A DNA stretch of 64,000 nucleotides, taken from the NCBI GenBank assembly GCA_050230475.1, contig JBFLGF010000090.1, positions 1 to 64,000 of the forward strand. Direction: 5' to 3'. The DNA is from Ancylonema sp. Lineage: Eukaryota. Position 1 is the first letter of the stretch, and each line of letters begins with the position of its first letter. Under the pieces are notes generated by a model that saw only the letters and a list, made by a program, of their open reading frames with translations, was not told the DNA's origin and did no database searches. Shown piece by piece: positions 1-10,418 of this stretch. A program made the translations under genes and the position numbers.

Positions 1-88
1 TCCTCCTCCTCCTCCTCCTCCTCCTCCTCCTCCTCCTCCTCCTCCTCCTCCTCCTCCTCCTCCTCCTCCTCCTCCTCCTCCTCCTCCT
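1..88. repeat. (TCC)n microsatellite, probably intronic
   Basis: Perfect tcc repeat from the window edge, upstream of the first recognisable exon. Confidence 0.95.
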
Positions 89-464
89 CTTCCTCTTCGC
101 CTTCTCCTTCTCCTTCTCCTTTTCTCATTTAAAAAATGATTTTAGTACTGATAAATCAAATATAAATTGAATAACGAATTGAGTCTAAATTAAATAAGAA
201 ATTGATCATCTCTCGTTTTCCTGTTCTATGTTTCTTCTAATTTGTTTTTTTGTCCCATTGATACGCCTCTTCCACAGCTCCTCCCCCTCCCCCCCCCTTC
301 AAACCCCCTCCCCCAAAAATCTCCAACCATCCAACAAACCCCCCCCCCCTTCCCCAAACAACCCATCCATCATTACTCACCTCCCGACCTCTCAACCTTC
401 CAACCTTCCAACCTTCCAACCTCCCAACCAACCAACCCCGCCCCCCCCCCCCCCCTCCCCTCAG

Positions 465-1969
465 CACAAGTGGGACGCCATTTCCGGCATGCCCACGAAT
501 CTGTATGGCCCCCACGACAACTTCCATCCCGAGAACTCCCACGTGCTGCCCGCCCTCATCCGCCGCTTCCACGAGGCCAAGACCAGCGGGGCCAAGGAGG
601 TGGTGTGCTGGGGATCGGGGTCGCCACTCAGGGAGTTCCTGCACGTGGATGACTTGGCAGGTGGGGAGGGAGGGGGTGGGGTGGTGTGCGGGGCGGTGGG
701 AGGGGGGGGAAGTGGAGACGTTGCTCATGGTATTGTTGTGAGGTTGTGTTGGCGACCTGTTATGGGTATTTTTTGTGGTGTCTCTGTGTGGGCATGGGGG
801 GATGGGCGGGGGTGGGGATGGGGTTGAGGACATTACAGGACTCGTGTTCTATGGTTTACAATACCTCGCTTTACCATTGCTCGACACGAGTAGTTCGCAT
901 GCAAAAGACGATCTTTATAGGCAAACCCTACAGAGAGGTTTGGGCTTACGTTGAGCGATGAGTAGAGGTGTGCGATATTTTGAGAGGCACCTTAAATGAT
1001 TCTGAACCACAAGTGTGCCACGCTTCTCTAGAGGAGGCTGACGTCAGCAGAGGTGCCTAGACGCATGAGAGGGTTACACAGCAGACATCATCCCAACATG
1101 GGGGACTGGCAGCAATTGGTGAAGACAGTGTCAACGTTATCTGAACCATCTGATTGGTCGTATCAATATAGCTGCGTCAGGGGTAGGTCAAGTTCTGGGG
1201 GTTACCCTCATGTTGAGAGTAGAGAGGGGAGTGAAGGGCATGAGTGTTCACAGCAGCAAGGGAATCCTGCTGGGGGTGGGGAAAAGGGTAGTCAAGGCTG
1301 GGAAGTCAGATGTTCAGGAGGCAGCAATGGAGAACTGTCGCCCGCCCCCCCCCCCTCGCTCACATGTTGCTCACTTGTGCCTTCTTACCGTCCATCATTT
1401 TACCGCTTCACCCCACGCGATCAGCAATTTCCCAATTTCAGCAATTTTGTCAAAGCTTGGTACGAATCGAAGTCGGAGTAATGGTTTCCAAGCTCTCTTT
1501 TTTTTACCATTCGCACCTTTTCTTTTTATGTCTCCTTCTCCTTCATCTTCCTCTTCTTCGTCTCCTTAAATTTTCTTGTTTTGTTTGAAAGGTGGACGGG
1601 TCAGTGTGGGTACCCCCCCCCCAAAGTTCAACTCTCCGTCCATCCGCTTACATTTCCCACCCCTCCCCCGCTGTATGCGCAGATGCCTCTGTGTTCCTCA
1701 TGAACAACTACAGCGACCTCCCTCACGTCAACATGGGGTCCGGGAAGGAGGTGACCATCAAAGAGCTGGCGGAACTGGTCAAGGAAATTGTGGGATTCGA
1801 GGGCGAGCTCAAGTGGGACAGCACCAAACCTGACGGCACGCCCAGGAAACTCATGGATAACAGCAAGCTGGCGGGTCTGGGATGGACGCCTAAGATTGAG
1901 CTGAAGGAGGGACTGAAGGGGACGTACCAATGGTACATTGAGAACTACGGGAACGGCAACTCCAAGTGA
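465..1969 (+). CDS. GER1: GDP-L-fucose synthase (GDP-4-keto-6-deoxymannose epimerase/reductase), last two exons 465-660 and 1683-1969; 5' exons lie outside the window
   Basis: Translates [31 protein letters not shown]...[24 protein letters not shown]...[11 protein letters not shown]. The GT-AG phase-1 intron 661-1682 joins the two parts in frame. Confidence 0.95.
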
Positions 1970-4580
1970 AGGAAGTCAACGATGGAGTCAACGATCATGA
2001 TGATGTGGTGGTGATCATGAGAGGGTCGGTGGGTGGGTGGAAACACACGTGTTGCTGCCACGGGGATGTCAGTTTTGGGTTTGGGGTTTCTAAGATGTTC
2101 GAGAGAGCGGTTAAGGTATAAGATGTTTTGGTGTCCGTGGGTGTTGGTTGGTGTCCGTGGGTGTGGACGGAACAAGGGGGAAAAGCTCGAGGCTCGTATG
2201 GACTTGTTATCAAGATTGCGATATCGCTCTCAATTGGAGCATGTATTTGTGTGAGTCGCCTAGAAAGATGGGAGTGCTTTGCTCAGTATCGCCCTAGCGC
2301 ATTCTTCTTCGATATCCATCTCTCGGTAGGTAGTTGCAGTCATGTTTTTGTGTTTTCTTCTATCACGTCGCCCATTTTTATGGTCGTATTATGTACCAAT
2401 GAGTCGTAATCCAATGAGCTGAAGCGTCATGTATCCCAAGTTTTCCCTTGCCATGCCAACAACATCCACTCCAAGATCTCAATGTTATAAACCTTGTTTC
2501 TTGTCTTGGGGTTTCGTGTGTAGAATTCACGTTTATATGTATGGGTGACTGCATATATAGTTTTATTGTCTAGACTAACTTGAAGACTACGACACTGCCG
2601 GTAGTTATATGCCGGTGGTATACATACACGGGTACAAGCATGATCAATCAATATTGAAATGTAAGTCTAAGGGAAGGTGGACTTGTGGACAAAATAAATT
2701 AGGCTTGCATTTATATAGAGATAGATCAGAACGCATCCCAGGATCTCCGGACACGTCCCGGACCCGGACACCCCCGTTACAAAAAGAAGAAGAACAAATA
2801 AAGTTCAAACCAATGATCAAACGCCTACACATTATACTATACCATTATAATTATACATTACATTAGACCATTATACCACATTATACCATTGCAAATTATA
2901 AATATCAGTCCCCAAGAGTAAGATAACGTTATAAAAAAAATAAGGCAAAAACAACACCATGAAAACACTCAGTACACAAATGTTTCAAATGTTATGACAA
3001 GCACTCATAGGTAATAAAGGGCATGTACCGTAAACGCAAACAAAGTGAGAGGACAACACACATCTCAATTTCGTCTCCTAATTTTACACTTGTGTACTAC
3101 ATTCAATGCAAAATTGCAACAAAAAACGATACTTGGTACCGAGTATGATCTAGGAGAGTGTATATCATTCATAATTCGAATGTGGTTTTTTTGTGGGAAG
3201 CATAGAGTAAAATGCAAGTAAAGTGTACGTTGTACTCGGTATGAAAATTTTCGAGAAATACTCTGCCTTCGCGTTTTTCTTAAAGTTAACCATGGTGTTT
3301 ACCTGTAACAATATGGTGAAGCGATGGCTACCTTGAGTCTTAGTCAGTTTGGGGTGATCTCCAATTGGGTTTTTCAGGTTAATAATTCATCGGAGGGCAG
3401 ATTAGGGCCTCAACCCTGAGTTCAGGCTACAGCGAAACGATGCTAAATGCGCGCGCCCGCGCGCTGCCGGTCAGAGACGAATCGTTGACTCCTGAGGTCG
3501 ACTTCAAGCGCCCGTTCGCTTTCTCCGGCTGGCAGTTACCGCCCGACTGCCACGTCGGCAACTCAACAGGGGACAGGCTGCAGCACCCGGCTGCTGATAC
3601 GTGCACACGTGTGTGGCACAGGCTATGACGTCCCCGCAGCGGATGCGAAGCCTCTGCTGTTGCCACCTGCATTCCTTGTGTGGCAAGATGGGGGAAATTG
3701 GCAGGTTTACTAAGACAATGAGGGGGATGTCACACCGAAGACATTGGCAAAGCAGAGGCAAAAAAAAAACCGGAATGCAAGAGTCAGCATTTGGTAGACA
3801 AGAACGATTGGTGCGCAGGTAAGAGAGGTGAGTCCGATGACGATATGGAATTTGCAGTCGCTGAACAATTTTGACGCTGCCTTCCTGCCCGCGTTTGGAA
3901 TGCACACCCATCTATGACCAGTCTGACTCCATGTCATTTCCGGATGTTTCTGTTGGTGTTCAGTGACCTCTTTCCTTCAATCATCAATTCGTAGCGAACC
4001 CTGCACGCCTAGGTGTCGCAAAAATGGTCAGTTCAAATCCGCTCCTTTCTTCATACAGGCTGATCGCCGTCATATATATGCACAGACCCAGCGTTGTATT
4101 CAGCACATTTCACCCGTTACCACCACGGCGAACCTTGATGGCTGCATATGTGGATCTGAGTCGAGTCAAATTTCCAAGTTTCGATAATGTCCCGTATCCG
4201 TTTCCTCCTGTCTCATGAGCCACAGTGCTAGCATCACTCCCAGTATCGGTGAAGCTTCCTGAAGATTTTCAGTTCGCCAACGACGACGAAATAGGGAATC
4301 CAAGTCGACCATCTCACTCTTAGAAGCACTCAAAGCTTCGGCTGCATGCCACGTCATCATGATTCCACGTCATCATAATTCCACTTCGTAATAATTCCAC
4401 ACTCAGAAGACCCTTCCACCACCTTCCCACTACAGCATTCCCACTCGCATCCCCCCCCCCCCCCCGCCCCCCTCTCCCTTCCAGGCCCATCTCAGCCCAC
4501 CAGCATCCCGAAATGCCACCCCCCCCCCCTCGCGCAGCGCCACTCCCCCCCCCGCCCTCCCCTTCCAGTTCGTCCCCACC

Positions 4581-6497
4581 ATGCTACCCGAGCTGCGCGC
4601 TGCTGTGATGGGCGGAAAGAGTCTGGAGGTGGTCCGGGTGTTGGATACGGACCCGGATATGGAAGCAAGAGATGAGGTGAGTCGGGTACTCGAGGAGGGG
4701 GGAGAAGGAGAAGGGGAGGAGAAGGGGGGGGGGGTGGGGGGGGGAGGGGGTTTCTGTTCGGGTGAATACAGCAGAGACGTGTGCATGTCATGAGTGCGGT
4801 TCTTTTGGGTTGACATTGGACTTCGGTTGACTTTTCCTGCATACAACAGTCATCTTAAATGAGTACACCGGTTTGGGCAAAAAAAAAACAAAAAAAAAAC
4901 TCCGAGTTTTGCGTCCTTGAGCTCAGTCCCCTGTCCCCCCTCTGTGTTCATCTCCTGTCCTCCCAGGAGGGCTTTACAGCATTACAGCTGGCAGCCCGAT
5001 CTGGCAACGACAAGGTGGCAGATCTGCTCCTCACCAAGGGGGCGAGGACTGAGACCAAAGACACGTGGGTGAGTCAGCGGGCATTGACTTTGACTTTTTC
5101 CACCCATTTGTGATGATAGGATGATAGGACCAAATTGATATGGTAAAATGGTATAGATGTTTTGATAATGTATTCACTCATCCAGACTTTCTCTGTCAAT
5201 ACTAGATGCAAACTAATCTCGTAGTCATCATTACACAACATAGACTCCCCCCCCCCCCAACCCCCACCCTCTTCTTCTCCTTCTTGTAATCTAAACACAA
5301 TAATGGAGGGGACGAAAGTAGGAGGGCACAAAAAGGAGAATAAATCCTCCCCCTCCACCATCCCTCAGAGCCCTCCCTTCCCATTCCCGTCTTCTCCCCC
5401 CCTCTCTTCCCCCTCCCCAGGCTCACTGGACCGCTCTCCACCACGCCGTATGGGGGGGGCGCAACTGGCGTGGTGAAGGCGCTTTTGGACAGAGGCGCAA
5501 ACATTGAGGCAGAAGACCAGGTAGGGAGAAGGGGGGGGTGGGGGCAGATCGTTTCCTACTTCACTGAGAGTGGGGGGTGGGAGGTGGCACCTGGAGTGGT
5601 ATCTGAGGGGAGGTGGTATCTGTTTTCCAGGAAGGTCAAACTGCCCTCCACCTGGCGGTACTGAGGGGGAGGATCGTAGAGACGTTGATGCTGCTCGAAT
5701 TCGGGGCGAATTCTGATGCCAGGGATCAGGTGAGTGAGGAGTAGAAACAAACGAGGGTTAAGTAGAAAATGGGATCATGGGACTCTACCGGTTAAATGAT
5801 CTCATTTTGGGAGATCACCCTCCTATTGTTGTTTTCCCCTCGCGCTTTGTTTTGTTACCATTCTTTACTTACTTTCTTCGTCTTCGTCTTTTTGTTCCTC
5901 ACAACTTGTTCACTCTTTTTTTTTTGGTTTCCCCTTCGTGTTTTTTTCTTTTTTTTCTTTTTTTTCTTTTTTTACCCCTCCAGAAATTGTTCACTCCTCT
6001 TCACAGCGCTGCCGCGTTCGGGACGCCAGAAATCGTCACCGTCCTCCTCCAACGAGGAGCGGACACGTCAGCAAAAACCAAGGTGAAGGGAGACGCAGAC
6101 CACCCTTCAACACGGCCACCCTTCACCTTTTTTTTTTTTTTTTTTTTTTTTGTGGTTGTTCTTTTTTATAAATTCGTGGTCATGCCTTATTCCATATTCC
6201 GTGTCCCTGAGCCCCCCCCTGACGTTCCTGTTTGCCCCGTGTCAGGACGGCAGCACCCCCCTCAAGCTCGCTCTCAAGGCCAAGCGTACGGAAGTGGAGC
6301 GCATCATCCGTCACTACTCGCACCACGCAGCGGGACCCTCCAAAGCAGTGAGAAGGCGACACCTGGCACTCCCTGTTCGTTGGGAAGTCCGTCGTTACTA
6401 CCATTTCATCCTAGGAAGTGGTTGGGAAGGGCAGGAGGGAGACGCTTACAAGTATACTGATGTCTGTATACATGTACGGATTTGGATGTCAGTGTAA
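4581..6497 (+). CDS. Ankyrin-repeat protein, about one repeat per exon (4581-4676, 4967-5068, 5421-5520, 5984-6082, 6246-6347 or to 6497)
   Basis: Ankyrin motifs GFTALQLAA..G...VADLLLTKGA, WTALHHAV..G...VVKALLDRGANIEAED, FTPLHSAAAFG..EIVTVLLQRGAD and DGSTPLKLA. Exons of about 99 nt with phase-0 GT-AG introns. Start and 3' end are uncertain. Confidence 0.8.
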
Positions 6498-6500
6498 CAA

Positions 6501-6674
6501 CAGTAAAACCTGTCTAAATGAATACTGTTGGGACCGGGAACAAATATTCCTTTATACAAGTTATTCTTTTAGACAGAGCCGGTTCCTAACAAAATCCCGT
6601 TTTGGGACCGGGATTTTCTATTCTTTCAGAGAGGTTATTCCTTTCCACAGTATTCCTTGAGACGGGTTATAGTG
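6501..6674. mobile_element. MITE, Tc1/mariner (pogo-like) type, copy 1
   Basis: Imperfect TIRs cagtaaaacctgtctaaatgaata / tattccttgagacgggttatagtg followed by TA. Homologous to 11288-11434. Confidence 0.65.
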
Positions 6675-6681
6675 TAGTACA

Positions 6682-9078
6682 ATGATGTGCGAAGCGGATG
6701 ATCTTCACAAAGTGACGCATCATGATAGAGGGAACAAGAGATGGACAGGTGGCAAGTGCACACAGGTCCCCATCTGGATTGCCATCGAATACTCAGCATT
6801 CAGCCGTCGTTTTCGCTTCAGGACCATTTTGGCGTGTCCTTCACGTAAACGTAACCGAAATCGTATTCCGTACATGATGACCGGACCCATAATTGTGAAC
6901 GTAACCGCACCCGAAAGTCAAATAACCGTAACGGGAACCGTAACCGTAACTGTGACCGGGGAGGGGGGAATGCAGGCCGCCGCCCAGATGCTCGAGACCG
7001 CATCCAAGGCCGCTGTGCTTCGCCACGTGGAGGCGTCGATGGGAAGGGCCATGGACGAAATCGCGGCCCGAGAATTCCGCGACAAGATCGAGAAGCTTGA
7101 GTGCGCGGTGGCGGAGTCCCAGTGGCAGGTGGCAGAGGCGCAGGCGAAGGCTGGGGAGGAGAAGAAGAAGAGGGTGGAGGTGGAGGGGAGAATCAGTATC
7201 GAGCAACGGAGGAGGGCGGAGGTGGAGGGGCGGTTGGGGGACGAGGTGAGGAGGAGACAGCTGGCGGAGAACGGGAGGAGGGCTGCGGAGAGTCAGATTC
7301 GGGATGCTATGGCTATGGCGAGTGAGGGGGAGGAGATGAGGAGGGAGATGGAGGGGGAGTGGTTGAAGGAGAAGGGGGCGAGGGAGGGGTTGGAGGGAAG
7401 GGTGGGGGGGGCGGAGAGGGAGGTGGAGGAGGAGAGGAGAAAGAGGGGGGAGGCGGAGAAGAGGGCGGGGGAGGAGGGGGAGAGGAGGAAGAAGGTGGAG
7501 GAGATGTTGAAGGAGGAGCAGAGGTTGAGGGGGAGCGAGGAGCCGAAAGCGAGAGCGGAGGAGAAGCTAAGGAAGGAGATCCAGGGGAGACTAGTGGATG
7601 AAGAGAGGAGGAGACAGGCTCTGGAGGGGAAGGTGAAGGAAGCGGAGACTGCAAAGGTGAAGGCGGAGGCTTTTGCGAGGGAAGAGGTGCGGATAAGGAA
7701 GGAGGAGGAGAAGAGGAGGGGGGAGTTGGAGGGGAGGATAGTGGAAGAGATTAGGAGGCGAGCGAAGGCGGAAATTAAGGCCATGTCTGAAGAGGGGAGG
7801 AGGACGGAGGTGGAGGATAGGTTGAAGGAGGAGGTAAAGAGGAGGGAGGAGGCGGAAGGGAAGGTTGGGGAGATGGAGGGGAGGGTGAGGAAGGCGGAGG
7901 AGTGGGGGAGGTCTGAAAGGGCGAGGAGGAAAGAGTTGGAGAAGACTGCGGTTGGGGCGGAGAGGGCGAGGGTGGGGGCGGAGGAGGAGGTGAAAGTATG
8001 GAGGGAGAAGGTGGAGAGGGAGGAGGCGGGGATGGGGCTGGGGGTTGGGAAAGGGGAGGGGGGAGAGTGCGGGGAAAGTGGGGATGCGGAAGTGGAAGAA
8101 TTGAAAATGGAGGTCGAGAAAGTGAGGAAAGAGTTGGCGGAGGCGTTGGGGGGTGGAGAAGGGAGGTGGGTGGGGGAGAGGGAGGCGGGGGAGAGGGTGG
8201 GGTGGGTTGGGGAGGAGGCCTTGCGGGAACTAGAGGCGAAGTTGAGGGGGGAGGAGGAGGAGAAGAAGGAGATCATTCTGAAGTTGGAGATGGTGGAGGG
8301 GAGGCTGCAAGAGGTGGAGGGGGGGAAGGGGGAGAGGGAAAAGGGGTTGGAGGAGGAGGTGTGTTTGATGGAGATGAGGTTGGGGGAGGAGAAGGAGAAG
8401 GTGAGGAGGTTGGATGAGGAGGTGGCGGAGATGAAGGCCAAGGGGGATGGGAAACGAGAGGTAGATGGGGAGGAGGGGACGGTTGGGGTTCGCTATAACG
8501 AGTCTGAGGTTGGTGCGGAGGTGTTGGGGGGTGAAGAGGGCGAAGGGGGGGTTGGGGTGGAGAGTGGTGACGTGGCAAATCGAGAGAGGTTGGAGTCCGA
8601 GGTGGGGAGGTTGAGGGAGCAAGTCGAGAACCTAAAGGGAGTAAATGCGTTGCTTGCCAATCAGGGGGGGGGGGAGGGGAAGGAAGTAGAACGGTCAAGT
8701 GTGGGGGGGGAGGAGGGGGAGGGTGAGAATGATGTGGAAGTGCGGAGTTTGAAGATGCGGATTGGGGAGTTTGAGAAGGCGCTTGTGGAGTGTAAGTTGG
8801 CCCTCGAAAAGGAGCAAGCGACTCGAAAGGAGATGGAGCACAAAGTGAGAGACGCTTTGAGGCGGAAAGAGGAGGCAGAGCTGAAGGCACTGGCGATGAC
8901 AGAGGCGATGACGACGCGGTTGGGAGGGCAGGGTGGGGTGGGGAAGGCGGGTGGGGCGAGGGAGGGGGATGCGGAGGTAGGGATTGGAGGGAAAGAGAAG
9001 TTGAAGGTTGTGAGCATGATGGATAAGTGGAGGGCTAGGACGAAGGTGCAAGATCTGGGGGGTCTTGGTGGAGTGTGA
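6682..9078 (+). CDS. Long Glu/Arg/Lys-rich coiled-coil ORF, possibly the terminal exon of the ankyrin gene; the true start is probably near 6874-6976
   Basis: 798-codon open frame with heptad-like EE.RRR.E.E repeats and extreme purine skew. No family recognised. Confidence 0.6.
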   Translation: MMCEADDLHKVTHHDRGNKRWTGGKCTQVPIWIAIEYSAFSRRFRFRTILACPSRKRNRNRIPYMMTGPIIVNVTAPESQITVTGTVTVTVTGEGGMQAAAQMLETASKAAVLRHVEASMGRAMDEIAAREFRDKIEKLECAVAESQWQVAEAQAKAGEEKKKRVEVEGRISIEQRRRAEVEGRLGDEVRRRQLAENGRRAAESQIRDAMAMASEGEEMRREMEGEWLKEKGAREGLEGRVGGAEREVEEERRKRGEAEKRAGEEGERRKKVEEMLKEEQRLRGSEEPKARAEEKLRKEIQGRLVDEERRRQALEGKVKEAETAKVKAEAFAREEVRIRKEEEKRRGELEGRIVEEIRRRAKAEIKAMSEEGRRTEVEDRLKEEVKRREEAEGKVGEMEGRVRKAEEWGRSERARRKELEKTAVGAERARVGAEEEVKVWREKVEREEAGMGLGVGKGEGGECGESGDAEVEELKMEVEKVRKELAEALGGGEGRWVGEREAGERVGWVGEEALRELEAKLRGEEEEKKEIILKLEMVEGRLQEVEGGKGEREKGLEEEVCLMEMRLGEEKEKVRRLDEEVAEMKAKGDGKREVDGEEGTVGVRYNESEVGAEVLGGEEGEGGVGVESGDVANRERLESEVGRLREQVENLKGVNALLANQGGGEGKEVERSSVGGEEGEGENDVEVRSLKMRIGEFEKALVECKLALEKEQATRKEMEHKVRDALRRKEEAELKALAMTEAMTTRLGGQGGVGKAGGAREGDAEVGIGGKEKLKVVSMMDKWRARTKVQDLGGLGGV

Positions 9079-10418
9079 TTGGGAGAGTTGAGAAGGGGTT
9101 TAGGATTTGAGTCCATGGGAAGGAGCATCGTCGGTAGGATTAGTGTGCGAAGAGTGGTCGATAAATTTTGGAGTGGATGTGTAGGAAAGGAAACGGAGAT
9201 AGCACACACGACTTTGGAGGTAGAAGGTTGTGTTGTGTAGTACAACATCACGGGTATCGATAAGGAGATATTGCCACGTACAAATATTTTCTTTGAGACC
9301 CAATTTTTGCGAATCAGGAGAGACACACTAGTTGTTTAATTTCACAACACGGCCTTTTCATATGCATACATTGTGACATGAACGCATATAACGGAAGATG
9401 GCACATTTTCCAACCTCGACCACAAAAACTTGCAATCAACATTATGTAAGTAACGAATGTTCCAAGCTTAATTTCATGAGATTTTAGAAGGATTGTCTCT
9501 CATCTAATTAGAGAAGATGGTTTTCGTATTTTCAGACCGTATGATTCAGAATTTAATTCATCATTCAGCTCATTTCCTCCCGGTACCCGATCCGGATCGG
9601 AGCCGGATCGGAGCCGGATCAGACCCGATCCGGATCGAATCATTCTGGTAGGATTGCTCCCACCACGGAAAAGATTAAGCCTAAGAAATACACGTTATAA
9701 GGGGTTTTACGCCACAATGTGTGCAACTGTATGGTAACCCATCGATTTCCCCCTACTTCAGCGCCTTTGATCCGGATTGTCGCCAGATCGGAAATTCCAC
9801 ATCCGATCGGGCCCAACAACGAATACGACCATCCAAATGACGGAGTGGAATTGTATCAAAATACTAAGTGACAAAATGACACATGCAGATTCTGCAAATG
9901 TCTCGCAAAGTTTGCCTACACGTTGTGTAAAGAATGTCCACCTATACAAAACCAAGAGCAATCAATTTATGTCTCTCAAAATCTTATTTCTCAACCTAGT
10001 GAGCAAGCTACATCTGCGACACCAAACAAGCCCCCACGCATACACACACACCACAGTGTTTAACATCATCTGGATCAACTACACAATTTCTCTTTAACAA
10101 ATCCCTCCAAAACCTGGCACTCACTCAAGTTTCCACACTACTTTTCACACTAACTTCCGCAATCTATTTTCCACTTTCCTCTCCCCTCAGAGCCTTTTGG
10201 TATGCCTACGCACCTCTCAACAGCTCCACACCGGCATCAAGTTCTATCACGCATACGATCAACCGATAGACAAAATATGCTCAAAAAAGTCTCAAACTAC
10301 ACCATGCCGCACCATCAGGCCTTTCTTCTTCCCCTCTTTTTTTTTTGGTCCTTTTTTTGGAAATGTGAGATGCGATTTGCACAAGAATCCCACCCCCCCA
10401 CCGACAAAACCTCCCCAC

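Noticed and set aside
3427..3920. GC-rich short ORFs upstream of the ankyrin gene
   Set aside because: No recognisable domain or consistent splice model; could be UTR or promoter.
6348..6497. TIR-domain-like YHFIL start after the last ankyrin repeat
   Set aside because: Too short, with no further TIR motifs.
7293..9326. Long Ser/Pro-rich minus-strand ORFs
   Set aside because: Antisense shadows of the purine-rich coiled-coil exon.
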